From: Octopus bimaculoides
Lineage: Eukaryota
Assembly: GCF_001194135.2 (NCBI RefSeq)
Contig: NC_068983.1
Span: 125,797,838 to 125,838,646, forward strand
Direction: 5' to 3'
DNA length: 40,809 bases
The notes beneath the pieces are model-generated. The model was not told where the DNA came from. It saw nothing but the letters and a program-made list of their open reading frames with translations, and searched no databases. How positions within the stretch are numbered: position 1 is the first letter of the stretch; every line of letters begins with the position of its first letter. Shown piece after piece: positions 12,017 to 23,176 of the stretch. Both the position numbers and the translations under genes were made by a program.

Positions 12017-13444
12017 AGTAGATATTTGCGAGCGTCAGAAAGATATAAGCCGAAGTCTAAATGAACAAATGCGTAAGATTACAGTAGAATAGATTATTAG
12101 ATATTTACTAAGCGTCAGAATGGTAGAAGCCAATGCAAGTGATTCTATTTTCTTAAAATTGTTGCAATGTTTGAAAACATTGGCAGATATAAACTGGACG
12201 TTAACAATAGTAAACTTAGCACTGAGTACAACAGCAGCTTCAAGTTAGCCCGGCAATGTATAGAAGTATTGGTTCACCATTGGGCACATTCAGAAGAGGG
12301 TGTGAAAAATTGTGTTGTAAACGGATCATTTTCATTAGTAATGAATGTTATTAAATGTTATTAAATGAATGTTATTAAATGTTATTAAATGTTAACAGCC
12401 AACCGAAATTCCTATGGTATTCAATCTAACATTGAAATGATATTGATTGAAATGATATTGAATGAAATGAAGATCAACTAATGAGTAACATATTTGAATA
12501 TGTTTTAACTGTTATAACTATGAAATAGGATGCTATGGACATTTATATTATTACTGTAGTTTACGGCATAGTGCAAAGACAATTGATTACATTTTCCTAC
12601 TGATCAAGCTCTAATATCATTTAAAATAATGTATTTATTTATCTCGTATTGTAGGTAAGCAAGCATTAAATTGAGTATTGATCCTTCTGGCAATTTTATT
12701 AATATTACTAAAATAAATATGAAATCTAATGAAAAAGATGTGCCATTTTGAACACTGAAATAATTCCCTTTACCATGAGTAATTTTCACGTAATTATTTT
12801 ATTCATTTTACAAGGTAATAAACAAGATGTGAAAAGCAAATGTGCAATTGACTGAATCGAATACATAAAACTCGCTTATTTCTATTTAATGTAATATCAA
12901 ATACAGCGTTTGTAAATGCACAAGTAAATACACAGGTGCTTTTTGTATTTTCGTAAGCTAATTTTCACTTCAGGTCAACAATTTGATATTTAATGTCTTC
13001 AAATAGTCCTATCGATTTCTAGAAATAATTATCGCGGAATATTTCAATGTTAATTTCATAGCAAATTATTTAGAATATCATAAGAACATAATAACATGTG
13101 AATAAATATATGTCATATGGTGTCATAAGGATTGAAAATTTGGAGCAGCATTGTTGACTGATTACTTAGATATGTTACTGCATTTCATTGTTCGAAGTAT
13201 TAGGCGTTATCAAAACCACTTACCCAAAACCGATTCCGATACAGTATGAGATTTCTTAGTACTTCTATATGTAAACCCGGTTGGCGAAATAACATGGTTT
13301 GTCATAAACACCTGTACTTTGTTTTTTTTTTCGTTTTTTGTCACTTTAGCTATGAATTAAATTAATGAATTCAACGGGATACACTGTCTGCAAGTAGTTG
13401 GGTTCAGCATATTATCCTCCATTTTCTAATTGATATATATATAT

Positions 13445-15395
13445 CCTTTCCGATTATCTCGTTGAACACTCTATCCCAAGGGATTTGTATCCTTGTGTTT
13501 CAATTTGTTCAATCAAGCCTCTATATGGTAATTTTATCTCTGCTAGGGACTATACCTTGGCTCTTTTTAGGTTGATTATTCCGTACTTCTTCAATCCAAA
13601 TTCCATTCTAATATCGGTACTAAAAGAGCAGACCGTGTTCACCAAGGAACTCACTTGTGCCTCATCGTTTCCATACAGTTTTAAATCGTCCATGAAGAAG
13701 AGGTGGTTGATTATTTGGGATTTTACTTTAGTTGACACCCCAGGTTCATTTTCCAAAGTACCAAGGTCACGGGTATCATACAGAGAACAAAAAGCAACGG
13801 TGATAGGTTATCACCCTGGAAAATCCCTCTCCTTCGTTTGCGATCTTGCATTATTAATTTCTCTATGGGTAGTTAATCTTTGATACCTCTGACTCTTCTT
13901 CTATAGCCCTCTTGTTCCACTGGTAATATATTGTTCTCATCAAGAAATTTATACAGTTCTTCTGCAATTCCTCTTGACAGTAACTTCCACATTAATGGGA
14001 GGAAGGAAATTGGTCTGTAATTGTCAACAGCATTTCTGTTTAAGAGCATCTTTCAGGCAAAACACCGTTCGAACTTTTGTCAACCAGCCCGGGATTTCTT
14101 CTTCTTCGTGGATCAATGCATTATATTGCTCGGTGATCAATTTATGGCAACTACTAAACCTTTTTTTAATCCCAAATCCCTGTACACCATCAAGTCGTAT
14201 TGCTTTCCAATTTCTTAACATTCTGGTACTATCTCCTGTGAAGTGAATAACTTCTTGCTAGGGATAAGAAGCTGTTTACTTCAGGTTGCAGAGCTATTCA
14301 GCTGTAGTATTATCTTATTCTTGTTTACTCCATATCTTACCCCAGAAATTCGACTTTGATCAGCATCAGCATCACGTTTTTTATCAACATTAATCTCTTG
14401 ATGAAATCTTTTTTACTCGGTTCTAAGCAATATTTTGCTGGTATTGCTTAATCCGTTGTTTAAACCTAGTTCTCTCCTTTTTTTAGGATGTATGCGCTGG
14501 TTCAGTTCTTCAATTACAACAGTCAGGCCTTCTGTATCTACTCAATTCTTCTTCCTAACTTTTTCGTATTTCCATTCATTCTTATGTTCTCCATTTCTGT
14601 TCCTGAAAAGTATTGATACTGCAATGTTCAAGGAGATTATGTCTTCAGAAATTCTCCTTTTCCACAATGGTTGTTTATTTCCTCTTCTATCTGTCGCTGT
14701 TCTATTCTCAGTAGTTCTCAATCCCACAATCCTACATGCAGCCTTGAGAATATTATTTGTTTATGTAATGTTCTTTGTTTCAATGTGTCTCAATACGTTA
14801 TTGAGATTATTCGCTTCTTGGTTTAGTCTCCATTGGTTAGCCATTTTAAAGTCACACATAAATTATGTCCGTTCTGTACTTAATAGATCAAAACTTCTGT
14901 TTATTATTAATCAATTTTCAGTGTTTGAGTAGTCACTGATCTCAGTTCTTTCATAATTCACGGTAATATATTCTTGCGAACAACTGTCCATCTCTTCCAC
15001 TATACAACTTTCGTTTCTCGCCTGCCCAGCATCACCCGACATCCTTCTTTTAGTAACTTCTAGCTCCAGTTCTGTTAATCATCTATTCTTTCGTATTGCT
15101 CTTGCTTGGCCACATAATCTCTGTTCAGTAATTTCAAACAGCTCCATTGTCTTCTATTCACCGTGCCTTCGTTTTCTGTACCCTCTGACAGGCACACTAT
15201 TCGCATCCTCTGGGGTGCTCCGGTAGTAACATTATATACCCAACATGCTTACTTGTTTACTCCACTTATATCATGTTGCATGGCTAGCAGTTGGTGGATT
15301 ACGACCGGGTTCATCCTGCTGCAAAGTGGGACACTTGACGGGTGCAGAACCTTCACCATCGGTTCCAGTCTCGTTCACACCGTTAACGTCATCTT
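13445..15395 (-). mobile_element. R4/Dong-like non-LTR retrotransposon fragment (N-terminal region to RT motif GYKSLGI), decayed, with an internal deletion
   Basis: Minus-strand translations: FEITEQRLCGQARAIRKN, PLWKRRISEDI, NWKAIRLDGVQGF, IPGWLTKVRTV, RRGIFQGDNLSPLLFVLCMIP, INHLFFMDDLKLYG, MEFGLKK, GYKSLGI; many stops and frameshifts. Confidence 0.8.
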
Positions 15396-16854
15396 TACAT
15401 ACATGCATATATATATATACATACATACATATCGCAATTTACTTTTCGTAGACGTATACCTGAATACAGAAGTAGAGACATGTGACAATTGCTCATCTTA
15501 AAATTATATAAAATGTTCTAAGGCAAAATCAAATCGAATTGAGTAAATCACCGAGTTTAGATTTTTAATTTGTAGCAGAAACCGACTTTCACGATTCGCT
15601 CTTTTTGCAAACACCTTTATAAATTTACTATGCCTGAAATTTCCCGATCATACAAATTTTAACTTAAAGTTTGCAAATTTGTGCATAAAACTCATGGTAA
15701 GCAGCGTACTGTTCCTTTCGTCATATTGTTCTTCAGTTGATTTCATATGCTCTTTCTATAATCCTTATGGCGCTAGGCTGTCTTTATGATCGAATATTAA
15801 CTCAATGAAAATTATATTGCTGACGAGTTATCTGATTACAACAGAGTCATAAAATTATTTTTTTCTTTGTTTTGACTATATACGATCAAGATAGAGATAT
15901 TTTCTTGTGAAAGAGTCAGCTGCTGTTCGAAACTTTGTACAGTTACAGTGGGAGGTCAACAATGTAATTGACTCTAGCAAGAAGCTCTGATTCCTGAAAG
16001 CAAATATAGCGTTTGCTATACTTCTGTCAAAGTCGTGCAAATCTAAGACACTAGTCACATGTGACTTGAGCCATATTGATTGCTTTAAAGTTCAGAAACA
16101 AAACACTGATTGATAAACAAAGGATTGCATTGCAATCTATTTAGAATCAGAATTGAGAAAATCTGTTTATTTCAAGGATAATTTGCCGTCGCATTACAGT
16201 CTATTTGGTATCGGTATTGAAAAAACAAATTATGATGATGAAGTTAAGTAACGTTCTTTCAAAGGTTCCACAATACATTTTCATATCCCACAGTGGTATT
16301 TACACGTGACCGTATAGTTCAAAGCAGATAATCACTTGGTGTTATCAGCATTCTTGTAATTGATTACAAGTAAAGGAGGTAAATTAATTTTGAAGTCATT
16401 TCAGGAGACATCAACAAATATATTGCACAGGTGCGACCCGTTCTCTGATAGAGATCTACGGGAAATGTTTGAAAGTGACTTAAAATCAAATCATTAACAA
16501 CGCTTCAAGCAGAAGAAAGAGTCCCTTGTTATTCCTATGTTTGCTGGACGAAATGTTAAAACACAATGAAATAAAAGTAAATATGACACTTTTAGTGATA
16601 GTAAATAGCTACAATGATTACTCCTTTCTTTATACGAACTCATGTACCAATATCCAGATCTGTTTTTCTGTAATATTAGCCTCATTGTTTTATTTTTTTT
16701 TTTGATATTTGTAAGTCTTACGAATGATGTAAATCTATATTACATTAAAATGAACGTCAATCTTGCCTGCAATATTACACAGCCTAACCAATGCATAATG
16801 GTGAAGTACTTTGAAAGTAAAGTGCCACTGAAATGTGAATACAAACGGAATAAA

Positions 16855-16985
16855 GCAAGTTTCGCGTAAATCGGACCAGTGGTTATTGAGATATTCTGTT
16901 TTTTGTTGGTATAAATACTAAAAACGGTGCATAATGGGAAAACATTTCGAAAATAACTTAACCCTGAAAGGGAATAACTCTAACC
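16855..16985. mobile_element. possible Helitron/Helentron-derived (HINE-like) fragment
   Basis: AAGTTTCGCGTAAATCGGACCAGTGGTTATTGAGATAT and AAAGGGAATAACTC resemble the core of the element at 60..375 and recalled molluscan HINE-like repeats; no termini identified. Confidence 0.3.
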
Positions 16986-17145
16986 TTTATATTAGACACA
17001 TTTTGTGATGGATAAAATGATTTCAAGTGAAAATGACGTTAAAAATACGGTAAATATTTCGTAAAAAGACCCCTTCGTAACCTCGGTGTTAAATATTTTT
17101 TTTCCACATGTGTCTTTCGAGTGCATTCAACGTATCTCACCTTCA

Positions 17146-17262
17146 AAGATTTGGCTGCTATTTCTAGCACACCCTGCTGCTACGTAACAGCTATTTGCGA
17201 TAAAGGGCCCAAAATACCTGTCACGTAGTAGCAGGGCGTGCAAGAAATAGCAGCCATATCTT
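17146..17262. repeat. short inverted repeat: 45-bp arms (40/45 matched), 27-nt spacer
   Basis: AAGATTTGGCTGCTATTTCTAGCACACCCTGCTGCTACGTAACAG (17146..17190) versus the reverse complement of 17218..17262. Confidence 0.9.
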
Positions 17263-17464
17263 TCCTTTTCTGGAGGAAAGGAGGCGCTTAGGCGTCATTT
17301 CGATGTGACAATCGTTAAAATCATGCGAAATAACCTCGAAAAGAAAAAGAAAAAAAAACACGAAACAAAACTATGTTGCTGGGTAACTCAGCCTTTCCCG
17401 GTACCTTGAATTATTGGTGACCCAACGGATCATGGGTAGTCTACTGTATTATATTGACTTCACA

Positions 17465-17663
17465 TTTTCACACAAGGCTAGGAATTTCGGGGAAGCCGTT
17501 AAGTCGAATATATCAACACAAGCGATCAACAGGAACTTGTTTTATCGACCACGATAGGATAGGCAATGTCGACCTTGGCGGAATTTGAAATCAGAACGTA
17601 AAGACTGAGGAAATGCCGCTATACATTTCGCTTAGCGTGCTAACAATTCTGTCAGCTCACCGG
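17465..17663 (-). mobile_element. SINE family A copy
   Basis: Reverse complement reads CGGTGAGCTGACAGAATTGTTAGCACG...GATTTCAAATTCCGCCAAGGTCGAC...GGTCGATAAAACAAGTTCC. Confidence 0.75.
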
Positions 17664-18751
17664 CTTATATGTTTATAGTATAGAGCTATATTTTGGATCG
17701 CTGAGATATACTTTAAGTTTCTTATTGGCTGATCATAGGATTTCAAATAAAAGGTTGAAAATATGATATTTTCTTGTTACTTAAGCTCTGTTCACTTTTC
17801 GGGTCCTGAAACAAAAATACTGGGCTACTGTATATGCAATATTATGCGTGTTGTTGATATTCTGTACGCTCAAGTCGTTTTCTTCCACGTATACTTATTT
17901 GCCTGAGATAATATAACCAGAATTTAATATCATACACGAACTAAATCTGTTTAATATTCAGTTTTATTTCCGCATTCCACTATTATATACAACACCCATA
18001 TAACATATTTCTAGATATTTTAGTACATTGCTCGTAGGGATTTGAAATATGTTGGGTCGGTGGTGAAGTAAAAAAAAATCACTGTAGCTTTAGTTTCAAT
18101 ATTATCTTAGGCAAAAAACAAGTAAAAATAATAAGTAGGTCGTTCAATATTGTCTACATTATTCCACGTATTTTACATATTAATGTAATGCTCTTTGACA
18201 CACTGAATAGCTCTCTCAGAAAAGATACAGTATTTAATGAAGTCTATTTTAGTGCGTATGTGAGTTTGGTAAATCACAATAATCTACTAGAGTTTCATGT
18301 CATTGCGATAAAGTTTTAACGGAATTACACCCTCACTGGGGTACAGAATGACCGCAGTACGTTGATCGGATACATAGGACATTTTACGAGAATTTGCATT
18401 CTAATACATGTCGACCAGTATACACACGCACCCGCACACACACACAAACACACACACACACACACGCACACACAATATATATATCCTTCAATTAGATGGT
18501 ATTTCACACTACTCACTCAATCCAATTTTGCAGGGATCTCGTATTTTCTTCCCCACAAAAAAACCATCCTATTTGCCAAGCAGTCTTGATGGTGTTGCTG
18601 GTCGTAGGGAAGGAAAGTATGGAGAACTTTATAGACAAATCCTAAACCATACTGCTCTTTGGATTTGTGGCAATCATATCCATGAAATTTCTACTATGGG
18701 AATTGAATTGTTGAGTGCACGAGGAAATCGATATTTAAATGTGTGTGTTGG

Positions 18752-18822
<71 letters not shown>

Positions 18823-18826
<4 letters not shown>

Positions 18827-19203
18827 AAATAGTAAATGAGTATATGCATATATACGTACAGGTATGTGCATATCGACATCCACCTGTATGTATAGGTGCA
18901 TATCTGGGTACAGGACATTGCAAACAAACCGTAGACGAGAAAACACACAAGCCACATACAGAACATTCTACTTCTTCAGCTACCCCCGTTTTAACACCGG
19001 CGTTTCCAAGAGCTGGGCAGGACGCATCGTTAAAACGGCTCTTCCCATGGACCGCAAATTAAATTTGTATACACAAATTAAATCTTGCCATGGAGGAATG
19101 TAGTGGCGGACAAAAAACAAGACAGGAAAACAAACAGAAAAGGCTTTACGGCCAGACGAGAAAAATTATGTGTGTATGAACACTGTGAGGCACGGACTTG
19201 AAA
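18823..19203. repeat. direct repeat copy 1 (~380 bp), period 735 bp with 19558..19905
   Basis: Near-identical to 19558..19905 apart from a 32-nt indel and a few substitutions. Confidence 0.92.
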
Positions 19204-19557
19204 GTAGGGACGAAGTAGTTCGCGTGTTTGCACGGTGATAGCCAAGGAAGAGAAGGATTATTGACCGGAAGCATGTGACCATGTAAGGGGAAGAGAGAGA
19301 GTGGTAGAGGGAGAAACAAAGGGAGGAAGTAGAAGAATAGGTGAGCAACGAGAGGAAAAGAGAAAGAGAGGAAGTACGAGGGGGAAAAAGAGATATGTAG
19401 TAGTAACAGAGGAAGAACGAGAGGGCTAAAGCGAGATACGTAGTAGTAAAGAGGAAGAATGAGAGGGGGAAAATGATAGAGGAAGAGAAACGGAAAGAGA
19501 TAGAGTAGCGTCGGAAAATATGAAGTTACGAAAACTACTTACAAATTGGAGATGTAA

Positions 19558-19905
19558 AAACAAATAGTAAATGAGTATATGCATATATACGTAGCGGTAT
19601 GTGCATAACGACATCCACCTGTATGTATAGGTGCATATCTGGGTACAGGACATTGCAAACAAACCGTAGACGAGAAAACACACAAGCCACATAGAGAACA
19701 TTCTACTTCCAAGAGCTGGGCAGGACGCATCGTTAAAACGGCTCTTCCCATGGACCGCAAATTAAATTTGTATACACAAATTAAATCTTGCCATGGAGGA
19801 ATGTAGTGGCGGACAAAAAACAAGACAGGAAAACAAACAGAAAAGGCTTACGGCCAGACGAGAAAAATTATGTGTGTATGAATGCTGTGAGGCACGAACT
19901 TGAAA
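19558..19905. repeat. direct repeat copy 2, running into an assembly gap
   Basis: Matches 18823..19203; ends at the N-gap starting at 19906. Confidence 0.92.
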
Positions 19906-20789
19906 NNNNNNNNNNNNNNNNNNNNNNNNNNNNNNNNNNNNNNNNNNNNNNNNNNNNNNNNNNNNNNNNNNNNNNNNNNNNNNNNNNNNNNNNNNNNNNN
20001 NNNNNNNNNNNNNNNNNNNNNNNNNNNNNNNNNNNNNNNNNNNNNNNNNNNNNNNNNNNNNNNNNNNNNNNNNNNNNNNNNNNNNNNNNNNNNNNNNNNN
20101 NNNNNNNNNNNNNNNNNNNNNNNATATATATATATATAAATATATATATTCTCGTATTTAATATCATCTTAAATTGTGAATAACTTTAAAAAAGAACACT
20201 TCTTTCTCATACACACACACACATATACAGTGATATGGAAAATCCGAGGATCCATCTGTAGGAAGTTAGTAAGCTTCGAGCAGTCAGTAGAAAGTATATA
20301 AAAAAACATAACTTGCAAGAACAATAGTAGTTTATTGGCGTACACGTATGTAAGTTTTTCCCCATACCGAAGTTGGAGACGCTGAAATTGAAGGAATGGA
20401 ACAGGGAAAATCCGGGCTACATGTGTTTCTTAGCCAGCAGAATCCTGAAATAATAATTACACAACGAGGGGTACTCCACTAGCTACTCAGAAGGCCGAAG
20501 ATATCTTAGTTATATGAAGGTTACATTTTCGCCAGGAGATCCCGAATTAACTCGCAGGAGATTTTATCAAAAATGAGTGGAAAACGCGAAATGAGAGGAC
20601 AAAAAAAAACTATATGTATGAAGAAATAAAATATGGAAGTGGGCAAATGTCCAATGTTGTTAAGAAAAAGAAAAATACAAAAAAAGGAGAGGGGAAAATT
20701 TTGGTTAGATTAAAGTTGACTAGGGGAAGGTCTTAGTGACTATAAGGTCGACGACATTAACCTTGTAAGCTTTAAATAAATAGATAAAT

Positions 20790-21001
20790 ATATTCTTTAC
20801 TAACTTAAGTACAAGGTCCTAAATTTTTGGGGGAGGGGGCCGGTCGATTAGATCGACTCCAGTACGCAACTAGTAATTAATTTATCGACCCCGAAAGGAT
20901 GAAAGGCAAAGTCGACCTCGGTGGAATTTGAGCTCAGAACACAATGCCATGAAATACCGCTAAGCATCCCGCCCGGCATGCTAACGCTTCTGCCAGCTCA
21001 C
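20790..21001 (-). mobile_element. SINE family A copy (best preserved)
   Basis: Reverse complement GTGAGCTGGCAGAAGCGTTAGCATGCCGGGCGGGATGCTTAGCGGTATTTC...GAGCTCAAATTCCACCGAGGTCGACTTTGCCTTTCATCCTTTCGGGGTCGATAAATTAATTAC. Confidence 0.82.
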
Positions 21002-21437
21002 ACTGCATGAGTAGGTGTATATATATATATATATATATATATNNNNNNNNNNNNNNNNNNNNNNNNNNNNNNNNNNNNNNNNNNNNNNNNNNNNNNNNNN
21101 NNNNNNNNNNNNNNNNNNNNNNNNNNNNNNNNNNNNNNNNNNNNNNNNNNNNNNNNNNNNNNNNNNNNNNNNNNNNNNNNNNNNNNNNNNNNNNNNNNNN
21201 NNNNNNNNNNNNNNNNNNNNNNNNNNNNNNNNNNNNNNNNNNNNNNNNNNNNNNNNNNNNNNNNNNNNNNNNNNNNNNNNNNNNNNNNNNNNNNNNNNNN
21301 NNNNNNNNNNNNNNNNNNNNNNNNNNNNNNNNNNNNNNNNNNNNNNNNNNNNNNNNNNNNNNNNNNNNNNNNNNNNNNNNNNNNNNNNNNNNNNNNNNNN
21401 NNNNNNNNNNNNNNNNNATATATATATATACTTACAT

Positions 21438-21491
<54 letters not shown>

Positions 21492-22039
21492 ACATATATA
21501 TATATATAATTTAGAGAAAAAAACCACAACTATTGAATTCTTCGATGAAAATCCACAATCACGTATAGAACAATTTAATAAGTAAATACACTGAAAAGAC
21601 CTATAATAAAAATCAATGAAGTACAAAGTAATAAATATTTAAATAATAGAAATGACTACATGTCAAAATACAACAATAATAATAAGATGAATGTATATAT
21701 ATCGACTAACAATAACTATCAAATGAATCTATACAAAAATACTTATTTTACCAGCAAAAAAAGAAAACCTTTTAACAATATTACTGAAAATAAATACAAT
21801 ACATATTTTATCGAAGCTTTAGTTTAAACTAAACTTTTAAACGTTATAATTTTAACTTAGGGTTTATTAGAATTAAGTCGCGTTAAAATATGGCGTACAG
21901 AAAAATAATAGAATAAAGATATATATAAACACGTATTTAAGTTTTATTTATAAAATCAAAATGTATTTTAGCTTTAATCATGATAAAAAAGTAACTGTAT
22001 TATAAACATTTACAGGAAATTTTAACCGTATTATAAAAA

Positions 22040-23176
22040 ATCTAACTGTATTAATCGCTGCTTACATTTTCCTGCTCTTTCATCATGTGCTGTGTTTAGT
22101 AATTGACCTCTAGACTGTAGTAGTTTCATAAATTCATTTATGCATAATAAACACATTTTATTCACAATATTACAGGAATGGGCTCTACCTATAATACTCT
22201 AATCTTTTCTGTTTTCTAGATTTTAATTCCCATATATATTTACTGCCTGTAGACTTACTTAAATTGGGATCTTTAATGGTCTGGTAGTGTTGGGATATAT
22301 TTTATTTAATTTCATTAGCTGTAAATCCAATATAAGCCTTATTTATAATTTTATTATTATTGTTCTTAGAGCTAACTATACATTTATAAATTACATTATC
22401 TATTTTACAATTATTAGGAAGCTTACATGTAGTCTTATCACGACATGAACATTTTTCTATATGTTGCATAATTCTTCTACCACTATCGGTTATATTATTG
22501 ATTATAATATTATAGTAATTATTTAATTTCTTATTATTTATAGAGGAAATGATATTTGTTACATTTCCCGAAGTTGAGTATCCCAAAGAACGATTGTCCT
22601 TTTTAAAAACCATTCTTACTATTTTAAGTGTCTCCTTAATAATATTAGTCATAATCTGATCCCCGTACGGATTAATTAACCATGTAATAGCTTTTTATTT
22701 TTTATATTTTTCATATTATCATTATTAGTAGACATCATACGTATTCAATTATTATTCATAGGTATATTATATCTCTTCGTGTATTCTTTATTGTTTCTTA
22801 CTATTGCTCATATTCTCATTATCATTATTCCTTTTATTATTATAATCATTATTAACAACTATATTGTTTTCATCTTTATTTAGTTTGTTATATTGTCTTT
22901 TATTATTATTATTCATATTTTTACTGTTAGATTTATTATTAGTTTTATTATGAATACTTATTATATTATTATTATTGTTATTCAGTAGTTTTAAAGAATT
23001 TTATATTAGAGTTGTATCCTGCTTCTTTTAATGCTTTATCATAATATGGAGCATGTTTATTAAAAGTGTTCTAATCTGAAGATAACAGGGATATTCGTTT
23101 ACCTGTATTATTTATCAAGGCTTCTTTAACTGATTTCGGATGGTTACTTGAAAGACTAATATACTTCAGTCTCATG
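22040..23176 (-). mobile_element. Penelope-like element fragment: RT C-terminus/thumb, Asn-rich linker, GIY-YIG endonuclease (decayed)
   Basis: YISLSSNHPKSV..KRISLLSS..APYYDKALKEAGY; ITWLINPYGDQIMTNI; LGYSTSGNVTNIISSINNKKL; CSCRDKTTCKLPNNCKIDNVIYKCIV..AYIGFT; SKYIWELK. These are typical PLE RT-thumb, CxC..C zinc-binding linker and GIY-YIG motifs. Confidence 0.85.

Noticed and set aside
12341-12470. Short AATGTTATTA and ATTGAAATGAT tandem repeats as a CRISPR-like array
   Set aside because: No unique spacers, eukaryotic context and no cas genes; simple minisatellite slippage.
21800-21880. Decayed hammerhead in the 3' flank of the Penelope fragment (CTAATAA as a mutated CTGATGA)
   Set aside because: No convincing helices or GAAA/cleavage triplet; expected by chance in very AT-rich DNA.
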